Below, one piece after another: positions 27,538 to 37,789 of a stretch of DNA of 64,000 nt. The translations under genes were made by a program, and so were the position numbers. The notes beneath the pieces were generated by a model. The model saw only the letters and a program-made list of their open reading frames with translations, was not told the DNA's origin and made no database searches. Numbering within the stretch: the stretch's first letter is position 1; each line of letters starts with the position of its first letter. Origin of the DNA: an uncultured bacterium (GTDB lineage: Bacteria; Eisenbacteria; RBG-16-71-46); contig CAZPVG010000005.1 of assembly GCA_964589945.1 (NCBI GenBank), positions 15,011 to 79,010 of the forward strand, given 5' to 3'.

Positions 27538-28056
27538 ATGGAACTGAAGGACTTCATTCGCGACGTCCCGGACTTCCCGAAGAAGGGGGTCCTGTTCAAG
27601 GACATCATGCCGCTCATCGCCTCGCCCGACGCGTTCGCGGAGGCGGTGCGCCAGCTCATGGCCCGGGCGGCGAAACCCGACGCGGTCGTGGCCATCGAGT
27701 CGCGCGGGTTCATCTTCGGCGCGCCGATGGCGCACAGCTGGCACGTGCCCTTCGTCACGGCGCGCAAGTTCGGCAAGCTCCCCGGCAAGACCGTCCGGCA
27801 GGTGTACTCGCTCGAGTACGGCGAGGACGCGCTCGAGCTGCACGCCGACGCCCTGCAGCGCGGCTGGAGCATCGTCGTCGTGGACGACCTGCTCGCCACC
27901 GGGGGCACCGCGCAGGCGACGGTCGGCCTCGCGGAACAGCTCGGGGCTCGCGTCTCCGCGGCGCTCTTCCCGGTCGAGCTCCGGGGCCTCGGCGGACGCG
28001 AGCGGCTGGCGCCGACGCGGGTCGAGTCCCTCATGTCGTTCGACGTGACGGGCTGA
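27538..28056 (+). CDS. apt: Adenine phosphoribosyltransferase
   Basis: IRDVPDFPKKGVLFKDI, ESRGF, KLPG, YSLEYG, VDDLLATGGT. Confidence 0.95.
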   Translation: MELKDFIRDVPDFPKKGVLFKDIMPLIASPDAFAEAVRQLMARAAKPDAVVAIESRGFIFGAPMAHSWHVPFVTARKFGKLPGKTVRQVYSLEYGEDALELHADALQRGWSIVVVDDLLATGGTAQATVGLAEQLGARVSAALFPVELRGLGGRERLAPTRVESLMSFDVTG

Positions 28057-28072
28057 CGCGGCGCCGGGCGCG

Positions 28073-28110
28073 GCGAAGGGCCCGCGGCGCGTGCGCCGCG
28101 GGCCCTTCGC
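28073..28110. terminator. Perfect 18-bp inverted repeat between convergent genes (bidirectional terminator candidate)
   Basis: GCGAAGGGCCCGCGGCGC-GT-GCGCCGCGGGCCCTTCGC. Confidence 0.65.
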
Positions 28111-28129
28111 GTTCCGGATCGGCCCCGGC

Positions 28130-29482
28130 CTAGTGCGGCGAGAGCGCGGCGAGCCTGCGCTCGAGCGGGGCCCGGCGGCCCGCCGTCCGCTGTTCCTCGG
28201 GAAGGGTCTCGAGGTACGCGAGCCCCTCGCGCAGGGTACGCCTTGCGGCTTCCACGTCGCCCCTGCCGGCGTAGATGTCGGCGCGGTTCCGGTAGAGCAG
28301 CAGCTTGCGCGGCCCGTAGGCCATGTGCATCGCGCGGTCGGAGGCCGCCAGCGCGTCGTCGTAGTCCTTCATCGCGAGGTAGGCGACCGCGAGCCGGGCC
28401 GGCGGGTTGTAGTCGTCGGGGGCGTCGCGCTCGGACTGCAGGAGCATGGGGACCGCGCGCTGCGGCTGGCCGAGCTCGAGGTAGGCGGACAGCCGGTGGG
28501 AGTCGAAGACCATGCGCTGCTCGGGCGTCTTCGCGGCAGCCGCCGCGGCGTCGAGGAAGTCGGACCACTCCTGGGCGACGGCGTGGGCCCCGGCGCTGTC
28601 CTCCAGCGCCTCGCGCGCGCTCAGCAGCTCGATCCATGCCCCCGAGCGGTCGTCGGCGGCGGCCGGGAAGGAGAGGTCGGTAACGAGCGAGCGGGTGCTG
28701 CGCTCGAAGTCGGTGATGGCGCCGGCGCGTCCCGGGAAGGTGTCGGGCAGGCTGTAGGCGCAGTCCAGCCCGCCGGCTGAGACGTTGAGCGCCGACGAGG
28801 TGCGGCGGAGGCGAGGCAGCGCCTCGCGCGCGAGGGCGAGCCCCTCGTCGTAGCGCTGTGTCTGCATCAGCGCGAAGAGCATGGACTCGACCGACCGGCC
28901 GTAGCCCATCCAGCCGGGTGCGGCGGACGCGAGCAGCGAGCGGTAGGCCGGTACGGCCGCTGCGTAGTTCGCCGCGCCGAAGAGGCTGTCGGCCCGGGCC
29001 AGCCGGGCGAGCATCGGCCGCGGCGAGTAGGCGCCGGTGTGCGCGTCGTCCAGCAGGGCGTGCAGCTGCGAGACGCCGAGGCTGCCGATCCAGCGCACCT
29101 TGACCGCGCGGTCGGCCGGGTCGATCACGAAGAAGCTCGGGATGGCCTCGATCGGGTACCGTTTGCGGAACTCCGAGTTGCGGGGGCTCTCGGTGTCGAT
29201 CTCGAGGAATACGAAGTCCTTCGCGTGGCGCGCGAGGGACGGGTCGGTGAAGACGAAGGTGCGCATCGAGCGGCAGGTGTGGCACCAGGGCGCCCACGCC
29301 TCGACGAAGAGCGGCACCTTGCGTTCGCGGGCCGCCCGGAGGGCGCCCTCGAAGTCGTTTGCCATCCAGGGCAGCACCGCCTTGCCGGCGGGCTCATGGG
29401 CCGGCGCCGTGGCGCCTGCGGAAGGTCCCGCGGGGGCGGCCGCCAGCACCGCCACCGCGAGGACGAGAAGGGTCGATTTCAT
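28130..29482 (-). CDS. Exported thioredoxin-fold + TPR-like protein
   Basis: Signal peptide MKSTLLVLAVAVL; WAPWCHTCRSM; helical TPR-like C-terminus; extended -10 TGCTAACCT 7 nt before the ATG. Confidence 0.78.
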   Translation of the reverse strand: MKSTLLVLAVAVLAAAPAGPSAGATAPAHEPAGKAVLPWMANDFEGALRAARERKVPLFVEAWAPWCHTCRSMRTFVFTDPSLARHAKDFVFLEIDTESPRNSEFRKRYPIEAIPSFFVIDPADRAVKVRWIGSLGVSQLHALLDDAHTGAYSPRPMLARLARADSLFGAANYAAAVPAYRSLLASAAPGWMGYGRSVESMLFALMQTQRYDEGLALAREALPRLRRTSSALNVSAGGLDCAYSLPDTFPGRAGAITDFERSTRSLVTDLSFPAAADDRSGAWIELLSAREALEDSAGAHAVAQEWSDFLDAAAAAAKTPEQRMVFDSHRLSAYLELGQPQRAVPMLLQSERDAPDDYNPPARLAVAYLAMKDYDDALAASDRAMHMAYGPRKLLLYRNRADIYAGRGDVEAARRTLREGLAYLETLPEEQRTAGRRAPLERRLAALSPH

Positions 29483-29570
29483 GCCCGCGAGGTTAGCACT
29501 CCGCGGCACCGGCCGCCGCCGACCGGCGACGGGCGACTCCGGCGGGGCGACGGGCGCGGCCCGCCGGCCG

Positions 29571-29984
29571 TCACTCGTTCAGCGCCGCCACCGCACGGTC
29601 GGCTTCTCCTGCGCGCAGGTAGATCACGTACCCGAACCAGCCGCGCCCGTCGGTCACGGCATTGGACGCGTACACCTCGACGCCGGACTTGTGGAGCTTC
29701 CCGTGGACACGGGCCACCGCGCCGATCTCGTCGTCGCCCTGGACCAGGAGCGCCTGGTGCGGACCCTCGAGGGAGATGCCCGCCGCCTTCGCCGTGTCCG
29801 CGAGTTTCGCGGAGTCCTCGGGGAAGAGGGTGAACTGCGTGCTGTCGGGCCCGATCGGCACCGAGTTGAGCGCGAGCAGGTTGACGCCCTGCGCCGCGAG
29901 CTGGGTCAACGCGTCGAACGCCTCGTCGGGCTCGCCGCGGACGTTCGCGTAGTAGTACTGGACCTTCCGGACCTTCGTCGCCAT
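29571..29984 (-). CDS. Small hypothetical protein, tandem ACT-like domains
   Basis: SD GAGGAG; two beta-alpha-beta units (LTQLAAQGVNL, HGKLHKSGVEV). Confidence 0.6.
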   Translation of the reverse strand: MATKVRKVQYYYANVRGEPDEAFDALTQLAAQGVNLLALNSVPIGPDSTQFTLFPEDSAKLADTAKAAGISLEGPHQALLVQGDDEIGAVARVHGKLHKSGVEVYASNAVTDGRGWFGYVIYLRAGEADRAVAALNE

Positions 29985-30163
29985 GTTCTCCTCGTGTGTG
30001 CGATGAGCGGGGAGGGGCCGCCGCCGGAATGTACGCCACGCGGGCCCGGAATGCCCGCGGCGGGGAGAACGGGGGCGGAGGGGCGGGACGGCTTGACGCT
30101 TCCGGAGTGCTGGCCGACCCTGCCTCCGTCGCGGCCGCGCCGCAAGCGGGGAGAGACGAGCCC

Positions 30164-30625
30164 ATGGACCAGCACGAGCCCGGCGAGCCTTCGGGGAACG
30201 GCCCGGAGCGATTCCGGATCCGGATCTCGATCGAGCCGGCCGACATCGATGTCCACGGCCACGTGAACAACGTCGTGTACGTGCGATGGGTCCAGGAGGC
30301 GGCCGTGGCGCACTGGACCGCGCGCACGGGCGAGGCCGAGCGGCGGGCGGTGACGTGGGTCGTCCTCCGGCACGAGATCGACTACCGGCACCCGGCCCTC
30401 CCGGAGGACGGCGTCGAGGCGGTGACATGGGTGGGGCCCGCCTCGCGAAACGCGTACGAGCGCAACACGGAGCTCCGGCGGGAGCACGACGGCCAGGTGC
30501 TCGCTCGCGCGCGCACGATCTGGTGCCCGCTCGACCCGGTGACCGGCAGGCCGTGCCGACTCTCCGAGAGCCTCCTGCGGCGCTTCTCGGTGCCGGGCCC
30601 GCTCGACGCCCGTCGCGAGGGCTGA
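30164..30625 (+). CDS. 4HBT-type acyl-CoA thioesterase
   Basis: DIDVHGHVNNVVYVRW, WVVLRHEIDY. Confidence 0.88.
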   Translation: MDQHEPGEPSGNGPERFRIRISIEPADIDVHGHVNNVVYVRWVQEAAVAHWTARTGEAERRAVTWVVLRHEIDYRHPALPEDGVEAVTWVGPASRNAYERNTELRREHDGQVLARARTIWCPLDPVTGRPCRLSESLLRRFSVPGPLDARREG

Positions 30626-30765
30626 GCGGCCCGCGGTTCCCCGCCCGCGGGGCGGCCCCCCGCGACCGTCCGCACCCTCAAGTCGGGGACCGGGCGGGCC
30701 GAAGCCTGTGCGGTACGACGCACCCGACCCCCGGGCGCGCCTCCTCCGGACACAGGGGAATTCGC

Positions 30766-31197
30766 ATGAACCTCCGTACGAGCCTCCGGCCGGCCCGGGT
30801 GGCCCTGGCCGCGGCCGTGGCGCTGGCCTGCGCGGCCGCTCCGGCCATGGCCGGCGCCCCCGCAGCGACCCCGCGGCCCGTCGCCATCCTCGCGCCGCTC
30901 GCCCCGGTTCCCGCCCCGATCGTCTGCGGCCTGGTGGCCTTCCTCGATCCCGACACGGGGCGGCTCACCGGCCCCATCGCATCGTTCGTACCACCGGTGG
31001 ACCAACGCGACGCGGCCGACCCGGTGCTGCTGGTCGAGGAGCCCCTGCCCGGCGGCGGCTGGGTGATCGACCTCAAGGGCACGCTGATGGAGTCGTACGT
31101 GATGCATCTCGATCCGCTCGGCCACGCGACGGTCGAGTGCGTGCAGGACCACCGGGTCGCGCCGGTCGTGACCGCCGTCGCCGGAAGGGGGCGCTGA
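30766..31197 (+). CDS. Small secreted hypothetical protein (DPxTGxL motif)
   Basis: Signal peptide; GLVAFLDPDTGRL...LPGGGWVIDLKG...VECV; stop lies 1 nt before the next ATG. Confidence 0.65.
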   Translation: MNLRTSLRPARVALAAAVALACAAAPAMAGAPAATPRPVAILAPLAPVPAPIVCGLVAFLDPDTGRLTGPIASFVPPVDQRDAADPVLLVEEPLPGGGWVIDLKGTLMESYVMHLDPLGHATVECVQDHRVAPVVTAVAGRGR

Positions 31198-31198
31198 C

Positions 31199-32752
31199 AT
31201 GGCGCACTTCCGTACCGCGTCTGTCGCCGCGGCGCTGGCGCTGCTCCTGGCGGCCGCCCCGGCCCTCGCCGTCCCGGGCAAGGTCGTCATCCGGAACCTC
31301 GATTCGCCCGGTGAAGGTTTCAATCTCGCGACCCCCGCGGCCCCCGTCGGCGGGAACCCCGGGACGACCGTCGGGCAGCAGCGGCTCAACGTCTTCCAGC
31401 ACGCCGCCGACATCTGGGGGTCCATCCTCGGCAACGCCGACACGATCTACGTCAACGCCAACTTCGACTCGCTCCTGTGCACCGCGAGCAGCGCCGTGCT
31501 CGGCAGCGCGGGCCCGAAGTACATCGTCCGCGACGACCCGGGCTTTCCCTACCCGGGCACGTGGTACCACGTCGCGCTCGGCAACCAGCTCGCCGGCACG
31601 CGCCTGATCCCCCGGACGACCTACCAGATGGGCGAGATCACCGCGCGCTTCAATTCCGAGCTGGACGGAAACCCGAACTGCCTCGGCGGTCGCACCTGGT
31701 ACTACGGGTACGACGGGAACGAGGGCTCGCTGATCGAGCTGCTGCCCGTGGTCCTGCACGAGCTCGGGCACGGCCTGGGCTTCAGCACCACGACGAACGG
31801 CCAGACCGGGGCGTTCAACAACGGCTACCCCGGAGCGTTCGACCACTTTCTCTACGACTCGACGACCCACCGCACGTGGTCGGATCCGGCGGAGTCCGCG
31901 GCCCAGCGGGTGGCCTCCGCGGTGAGCGGCACGAGGCTGCTGTGGAACGGCCCGGCCGTGGCCTACGGGATCGTGGACCTGGGCTACAGCGCGGGCTTCG
32001 ACGCGGCGCACCGACCGTTCATGTACGCGCCCGCGAGCTACGCCCCGGGCTCCTCGGTGTCGCACTGGGACACCAGCATGTTCCCGAACGCGCTCATGGA
32101 GCCGGCGCTCAGCACGAGCCTCAGCTCGGACGTGGACCTGACGAAGCACGCGTTCGTGGACCTCGGGTGGCTGTCCATGGCCACCGCCACGACGCTGGCG
32201 GAGTTCACGGTCGAGGACTTCGACACGGGCGTGCTCGTGCGGTGGCGCTTCGCCGATCCCTCCGGAGTCTCGGCGATCACGCTCGAACGCGCCCCGGGCA
32301 CCGTCGGCCCGTGGTCCGCGGTGGACGCGGAGCTGTTCACGCGCGACGGCCTGACGGCCGCGATGGACGCGACCGTGGAGAGCGGAACGCGCTACTGGTA
32401 CCGCCTCCGGGTGGTCCAGTCGGACGGATCGCAGGTCGTGCTCGGATCGGCCAGCGTGCTGCATTCCGGCGGGACGGGGCCGCTGGCGTTCGGGCCGCCG
32501 AGCCCGAACCCGACGCCCTCGGGCACGGCGCTCTCGTTCCGGCTGCCGCGTCCCGAGTGGGTGCGACTCGACATCGTGGACGCCGGCGGCCGCCGGGTGC
32601 GGACGCTCGAGCAGGGCATGCTGGCCCCGGGCGAGTACCAGCGCTGGTGGGACGGGCGCGGCGACGGGCGGGTGGCGCCTCCCGGCCTCTATTTCGCCCT
32701 GCTGCGCACCTCGGACGGCGTCCGCACGCAGCGGATCGCCGTCATCCGGTAG
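31199..32752 (+). CDS. Secreted zinc metallopeptidase with FlgD/T9SS-like C-terminal domain
   Basis: Signal peptide; VVLHELGHGLGF zincin motif; SSVSHWD...ALMEP; C-terminal PSPNP...DAGGRRVRTL...WDG...PGLYF. Confidence 0.8.
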   Translation: MAHFRTASVAAALALLLAAAPALAVPGKVVIRNLDSPGEGFNLATPAAPVGGNPGTTVGQQRLNVFQHAADIWGSILGNADTIYVNANFDSLLCTASSAVLGSAGPKYIVRDDPGFPYPGTWYHVALGNQLAGTRLIPRTTYQMGEITARFNSELDGNPNCLGGRTWYYGYDGNEGSLIELLPVVLHELGHGLGFSTTTNGQTGAFNNGYPGAFDHFLYDSTTHRTWSDPAESAAQRVASAVSGTRLLWNGPAVAYGIVDLGYSAGFDAAHRPFMYAPASYAPGSSVSHWDTSMFPNALMEPALSTSLSSDVDLTKHAFVDLGWLSMATATTLAEFTVEDFDTGVLVRWRFADPSGVSAITLERAPGTVGPWSAVDAELFTRDGLTAAMDATVESGTRYWYRLRVVQSDGSQVVLGSASVLHSGGTGPLAFGPPSPNPTPSGTALSFRLPRPEWVRLDIVDAGGRRVRTLEQGMLAPGEYQRWWDGRGDGRVAPPGLYFALLRTSDGVRTQRIAVIR

Positions 32753-32772
32753 TCGCGGGCCGGGAACGCGGA

Positions 32773-32804
32773 CGGGGCGGCGGGCCGACCGGCCCGCCGC
32801 CCCG
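32773..32804. terminator. 14-bp GC hairpin between convergent genes
   Basis: CGGGGCGGCGGGCC-GACC-GGCCCGCCGCCCCG. Confidence 0.6.
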
Positions 32805-32824
32805 CTTCGTCTGGCGCCGCCGGA

Positions 32825-34660
32825 TCAGGCGCCCTTGCGCCTCTTCTCGATGCGGGCCCACGCGTCCTTGAGGGTCACGGTGCGGTTGAATACCGGCCTC
32901 CCGGGGAGCGAGTCGGGGTCGGGGTAGAAGTACCCGACGCGCTCGAACTGCAGCGGCGTGCCCGCCGGCGCCTCGGCGAGCGCGGGCTCGAGCCGGCAGC
33001 CGGTCAGGACCTCGAGGGATCGCGGGTTGATCCCGCTGACGAAGTCCTCGCCCTCGGGCACGTCCTCGGGATCCACCTGCGGGAAGAGCGTCTCGTAGAG
33101 GCGCACCTCCGCCGGCACCGCGTGGGACGCCGACACCCAGTGGATCGTGGCCTTGACCTTGCGGCCGTCCGGCGCGTTGCCGCTGCGGGTCTCGGGATCG
33201 TACGTGGCGCGGACGAGCGTGACCTCGCCGGTCGCGGGGTCCTTCTCGACCCCGGTGCAGCGGACGAGGTAGGCGGCGCGCAGCCGCACCTCGGTGCCGG
33301 GGGAGAGGCGGAAGTACTTCGGCGGCGGGACCTCGCGGAAATCCTCCTGGTCGATCCAGACCTCGCGCGCGAACGGGACCTTCCGCACGCCCGCGGCCGG
33401 GTCCTCGGGGTTGTTCGCGGCCTCGAACCACTCGACCTGCCCCTCGGGGTAGTTCTCGAGCACGACCTTGAGCGGTCTCAGGACGGCCATGCGGCGGAGC
33501 GCGCGACGGTTCAGCTCCTCGCGCACGCAGTGCTCGAGCAGGGCCAGCTCGACGCGGTTCTCGCGCCGGGCGACGCCGACGCGGTCCACGAAGTCGCGGA
33601 GCGCGACCGCGGGGTAGCCGCGGCGCCGCATGGCCGAGATCGTCGGCATGCGCGGGTCGTCCCAGCCGCGCACGATGCCCTCGCGCACGAGCCGCAGGAG
33701 CTTGCGCTTGCTCATCACCGTGTGCGTCACGTTGAGCCGCGCGAACTCGTACTGGTGCGGCAGCGGGCGCGGCAGGTCCAGTGCCTCGAGCAGCCAGTCG
33801 TAGAGCGGGCGGTGCGGCACGAACTCGAGCGTGCAGATGCTGTGCGTGACGCCTTCGATGTAGTCGGACAGCCCGTGGGCGTAGTCGTACATCGGGTACA
33901 GGCACCACGCGTCGCCGGTCTGGTGGTGCGAGGCGTGACGGATCCGGTAGAGGATCGGGTCGCGCAGCCAGACGTTCGGCGACGCCATGTCGATCCTCGC
34001 GCGCAGCGTCCGGGCCCCGTCCGGGAACTCGCCGGCGCGCATGCGCGCGAGCAGGTCGAGGCTCTCCTCCACCGGCCGGTTACGCCATCGGCTGGGCACG
34101 CCGACCTCGCCCGGAGCGCCGCGCATCGCGTCCACCTCGGCGGGGGTGTGGTCGCAGACGTAGGCGCGCCCCTTCCCGACGAGGCGGACCGCGAACGCGT
34201 ACAGGGCCTCGAAGTAGTCCGAGGCGTAGAAGGGTTCCAGCGCCTCACCGCGGTGTTCCGCCGGCATCACGGGCGCCTGGTAGTAGTCCTCGCTCCCGGC
34301 GGCGCCGCGCGCCGGCGGCTTCGCGCCGGCCGGCTTGAGCCCGAGCCGGTCGTCCGCCCAGCCGGCCAGCAGCCAGCGGACGTCGGACAGGATCGACTCG
34401 ACGTATTCCACCTCCTCCTTGGCGGGGTTCGTGTCGTCCATGCGCAGGTTGCACTGTCCGCCGAACTGCCGGGCGATGCCGAAGTTGAGGCAGATCGCCT
34501 TCGCGTGGCCGATGTGGAGGTACCCGTTCGGCTCGGGCGGGAAGCGCGTCACGATCTTCGCGTGCGCGCCGCGCGCGAGATCGGCCTTCACGATCTCGCG
34601 GATGAAGTCCTCCCGCTCCTCGGCGGGCGTATCCGGTTCGCGGGTGGTCGGGTCACTCAT
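32825..34660 (-). CDS. glnS: Glutamine--tRNA ligase
   Basis: [42 protein letters not shown]. Confidence 0.96.
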   Translation of the reverse strand: MSDPTTREPDTPAEEREDFIREIVKADLARGAHAKIVTRFPPEPNGYLHIGHAKAICLNFGIARQFGGQCNLRMDDTNPAKEEVEYVESILSDVRWLLAGWADDRLGLKPAGAKPPARGAAGSEDYYQAPVMPAEHRGEALEPFYASDYFEALYAFAVRLVGKGRAYVCDHTPAEVDAMRGAPGEVGVPSRWRNRPVEESLDLLARMRAGEFPDGARTLRARIDMASPNVWLRDPILYRIRHASHHQTGDAWCLYPMYDYAHGLSDYIEGVTHSICTLEFVPHRPLYDWLLEALDLPRPLPHQYEFARLNVTHTVMSKRKLLRLVREGIVRGWDDPRMPTISAMRRRGYPAVALRDFVDRVGVARRENRVELALLEHCVREELNRRALRRMAVLRPLKVVLENYPEGQVEWFEAANNPEDPAAGVRKVPFAREVWIDQEDFREVPPPKYFRLSPGTEVRLRAAYLVRCTGVEKDPATGEVTLVRATYDPETRSGNAPDGRKVKATIHWVSASHAVPAEVRLYETLFPQVDPEDVPEGEDFVSGINPRSLEVLTGCRLEPALAEAPAGTPLQFERVGYFYPDPDSLPGRPVFNRTVTLKDAWARIEKRRKGA

Positions 34661-34796
34661 AGCGGTTAAGAAACGGCATGAAGGGCCCCCGTGTCCAGTG
34701 GGCTGCTCGCCGGCGAGCGGGCCGTCAGCCGCGAAAGACGGCGCGGCGCCCCCGGGAGGGCGCCGCGCGCATCGTCACCCCGGCCCGGGGGCCGGG

Positions 34797-36257
34797 TCAT
34801 CGCCGCTCGATCTGGCGGAGCTTCAGCCACAGCAGGATCGCCAGGACGGTCACGATCAGCGTGGACACCGCGAGGCCCTGCCGGCGGAAGTGGTACTCGT
34901 GGATGGCCGAGTTCCCGGCCGCCCGCGCCTCCTCGATGATCTTGATGCCCGGACGGGCCACGGCGGCGAGAGCCGCGACCCGGAAGGAGTGGATGGCCAC
35001 GCGCGACTGCACGAGGGCCTGGTGGGCCCCCTTGAGCGCGTACTGGGCGTCCGAGACGTCCATGCCGAGACGCGAGGCGCGGTCGAGGGCGGAGTCGGCC
35101 TCGGCCTTGCCGACGCTGAGACTGTCGAGCAGCGCCCGCAGGTGGACGATCTGGGCGGTGGTCGAGTCGGCCGGATTGTCCTGGTGGCACTTCACGCAGG
35201 GACCGTTCGGCGAGAACCCGACCAGGCTGTCGCTCGGGGGCAGGATGCGGTGGTTCCCATGGCAGCCGACGCACCCGGCGATGCCCTTCTTCTCGAAGGC
35301 CGCGCGATGCTCGCTCTTCTGGAACAGATCGGCGTTCGCACCGTGGCAGTTGCCGCAGACGGCGACCATCGAGGCCGCGCCGGGCGGGATCGCACCGTGG
35401 TTGCCGTGGCACGAGTTGCACGCGGGCGCGTTGAGGTCCGAACGCTCCATCAGTGCCTTCCCGTGGACGCTCTGGCGGTAGTTCTCGAACTGGTCCGTCG
35501 GGATGTGGTACTGCGCCATGTATTTCGCGTTCGAGTGACAGTGCGCGCAGGTGATCGGGATCTGCGTGGCGTAGACCGGCGAGCGCGGGTCCTTCACGCG
35601 CACGATCATGTGGTTCGAGTGACAGCTCACGCAGGTGGCGGGCTTCGGATCGCCCTTGGCGTTCAGCTGGCCGTGGACGCTCGTCACGTACTTCTCGTAC
35701 TGGTCCACCGGCAGCGACGGGTTGAAGTCGCGCATGTACCTGGCGTTGCTGTGGCAGCTCGCGCAGGTCTTCACGACGTGCGTCGGGTGGACCGGTGAGG
35801 CCGGATCGTCCACCGGCACGATGTTGTGCACCCCGTGGCAGCTCACGCACTGCGGGCCGTTGGGATTGCTCGCGAGCGCCTCGCCGTGGACGCTGGCCTC
35901 GAGGCTGTCGGCCACGTCGGTGAGCTGGTAGCGGTGACGCCATGGCGTGTCGGCCTTGCCGTGGCACTGGCCGCACACCGCGATGATGTCGCTCTTCGCG
36001 ATCTTCCCCCGGAAGCCGGCGGCCTTGCTCATGGCCTTGTCCATGTCGTCCGAGGTCGGGTCCCCGCCGTGGCACCCGGCGCAGGTCACCCCCCGGAGGT
36101 GATGGATGTCCTTCTTGAAGGCCACGCCCTGGGGCTCGTCCTCGTGGCACGAGAGGCACTGGTCCTGGGGCGCCGCGGCCCGTGAGGGCGCGGCCGCGCA
36201 TGCCTGGAACGCCGTGAAGAGCACGGCGGCTGCGATCAGATTGCGGGTCGCGTTCAT
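34797..36257 (-). CDS. Multiheme (11 CxxCH) cytochrome c with C-terminal membrane anchor
   Basis: Signal peptide MNATRNLIAAAV; CLSCH, CAGCH, CGQCH, CVSCH, CASCH, CVSCH, CAHCH, CNSCH, CGNCH, CVGCH, CVKCH; C-terminal TM helix; ATGA coupling. Confidence 0.9.
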   Translation of the reverse strand: MNATRNLIAAAVLFTAFQACAAAPSRAAAPQDQCLSCHEDEPQGVAFKKDIHHLRGVTCAGCHGGDPTSDDMDKAMSKAAGFRGKIAKSDIIAVCGQCHGKADTPWRHRYQLTDVADSLEASVHGEALASNPNGPQCVSCHGVHNIVPVDDPASPVHPTHVVKTCASCHSNARYMRDFNPSLPVDQYEKYVTSVHGQLNAKGDPKPATCVSCHSNHMIVRVKDPRSPVYATQIPITCAHCHSNAKYMAQYHIPTDQFENYRQSVHGKALMERSDLNAPACNSCHGNHGAIPPGAASMVAVCGNCHGANADLFQKSEHRAAFEKKGIAGCVGCHGNHRILPPSDSLVGFSPNGPCVKCHQDNPADSTTAQIVHLRALLDSLSVGKAEADSALDRASRLGMDVSDAQYALKGAHQALVQSRVAIHSFRVAALAAVARPGIKIIEEARAAGNSAIHEYHFRRQGLAVSTLIVTVLAILLWLKLRQIERR

Positions 36258-37333
36258 TTGAGCCCGATCACGGTGAGGACGATCATCGCCACGATCACGA
36301 CGATGCCGATCCAGGTGAGGATCCGGTTGCGGGCGCCCTGGGGAAGCCGCGTGTCCCAGAAGGGCACGAGGGCCCAGAGGAATCCGGCGGCCCCGAAGAA
36401 CAGGATGCCGACGACCTCGCCTTCGAACGGCCCGAGCTTCGCCGGGAAGTACTTGAGCGCCTGGTACATGAACAGGAAATACCACTCCGGCTTGATGCCG
36501 GCCGGCGCCGGCGCCGCCGGGTTGGCCTTCACGCCGAGCTCCCAGGGGAACATCACGGCCAGGATGGCGAGGAGGTTCAGCACGATCAGCCAGACCAGGA
36601 GGTCGCGCAGCACGAAGTTCGGGAAGAAGGGCATGTAGCGCTTCTTCGACTGGGGCAGCTGTTCCCACGAATGCGGCTCGTGCATGCCCTGGATCTGGAC
36701 GAACAGGAGGTGCGCGCCGAGGATCAGCGTGAACGTCGCCGGCAGGATCGCGACGTGGAGACCGAAGAAGCGCACGAGCGTCTCGGCGCCGACTTCCTTC
36801 CCTCCGCGCAGCAGCTCGAGGATGCCCTTCCCGAAGAAGGGAACGACCGCCGGCATGGCGGTCCCGACCTTTGTGGCGAAGAACGCGAGCGTGTTCCAGG
36901 GCAGCAGGTAGCCGCTGAACCCGAACCCGAGGCAGAGCGCCAGCAGCACCATGCCGGTGAGCCAGGTCAGCTCACGCGGCTTGCGGAACGCGCCCGTGAA
37001 GAAGACCGAAAACATGTGGAGGAAGACGGTGAAGATCATCAGGTTCGCCGACCACTGGTGGATGGAGCGTACGAGCCATCCGAACTTCACATAGACGACG
37101 ATGAACCTGACCGACTCGAAGGCGGTCTGGATGCCGGGCTGGTAGTACATCATCAGCAGGATCCCGGTCGTGAGCTGGATCACGAAGAGGAACAGGCTGA
37201 TGCCGCCGAGGTAGTACCAGATCGAGCCTTCGTAGCTCGGGACCTTCTTGTGGGACGCGAACTCCATGACGGCGTCGATCGGAAGGCGCTCGCGCACCCA
37301 GCCGAGGACGCCTGAGAAGGGGGACCGGCTCAT
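36254..37333 (-). CDS. Cytochrome b subunit of a Rieske/cyt b complex
   Basis: GWLVRSIHQWSAN, LHM, GYLLPW, RFFGLH, AH, KPEWY. Confidence 0.93.
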   Translation of the reverse strand: MSRSPFSGVLGWVRERLPIDAVMEFASHKKVPSYEGSIWYYLGGISLFLFVIQLTTGILLMMYYQPGIQTAFESVRFIVVYVKFGWLVRSIHQWSANLMIFTVFLHMFSVFFTGAFRKPRELTWLTGMVLLALCLGFGFSGYLLPWNTLAFFATKVGTAMPAVVPFFGKGILELLRGGKEVGAETLVRFFGLHVAILPATFTLILGAHLLFVQIQGMHEPHSWEQLPQSKKRYMPFFPNFVLRDLLVWLIVLNLLAILAVMFPWELGVKANPAAPAPAGIKPEWYFLFMYQALKYFPAKLGPFEGEVVGILFFGAAGFLWALVPFWDTRLPQGARNRILTWIGIVVIVAMIVLTVIGLK

Positions 37334-37342
37334 CGCGCCCTC

Positions 37343-37789
37343 CTAGGCCCGGTAGACGACGACGTCGTCGCCGGTGTGCACGGCCCGGTACTGCTTGAGG
37401 GGGCGCGGCGGAGGTCCGGAGATGTTCTGGCCGTTGAGGTCGTACATGCCGTTGTGGCACGCGCAGTGGATCTTGCGAATGCTCGGCTCGTACTGGACCG
37501 TACAATCGAGGTGCGTGCACACGGCGGAGAAGGCACGCAGCTCACCGGCCGGCGTCATGATCAGCAGCCCCGGCTCCGAGCCGAACTTGAAGATGATGCC
37601 CTCGTTCGGCTTCAGGTCGGAGAACTTCGCTGCAACGACGCTGTCGGGCTCGGCGTCCTTGCGGGGCGGGATGTGGAAGTACTCGACGATGGGGTAGAAG
37701 ACCGATCCGGCCCACCCCACGACGCCGATGCCCAGCAAGACGTTGAGAAAGGAGCGGCGACTGAGTTCGCTCCCGGGCTCGTCAGCCAT
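37343..37789 (-). CDS. Rieske [2Fe-2S] subunit
   Basis: Tat-like SRRSFL plus TM helix; CTHLDC and CACHNG; SGPPPRPL. Confidence 0.92.
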   Translation of the reverse strand: MADEPGSELSRRSFLNVLLGIGVVGWAGSVFYPIVEYFHIPPRKDAEPDSVVAAKFSDLKPNEGIIFKFGSEPGLLIMTPAGELRAFSAVCTHLDCTVQYEPSIRKIHCACHNGMYDLNGQNISGPPPRPLKQYRAVHTGDDVVVYRA

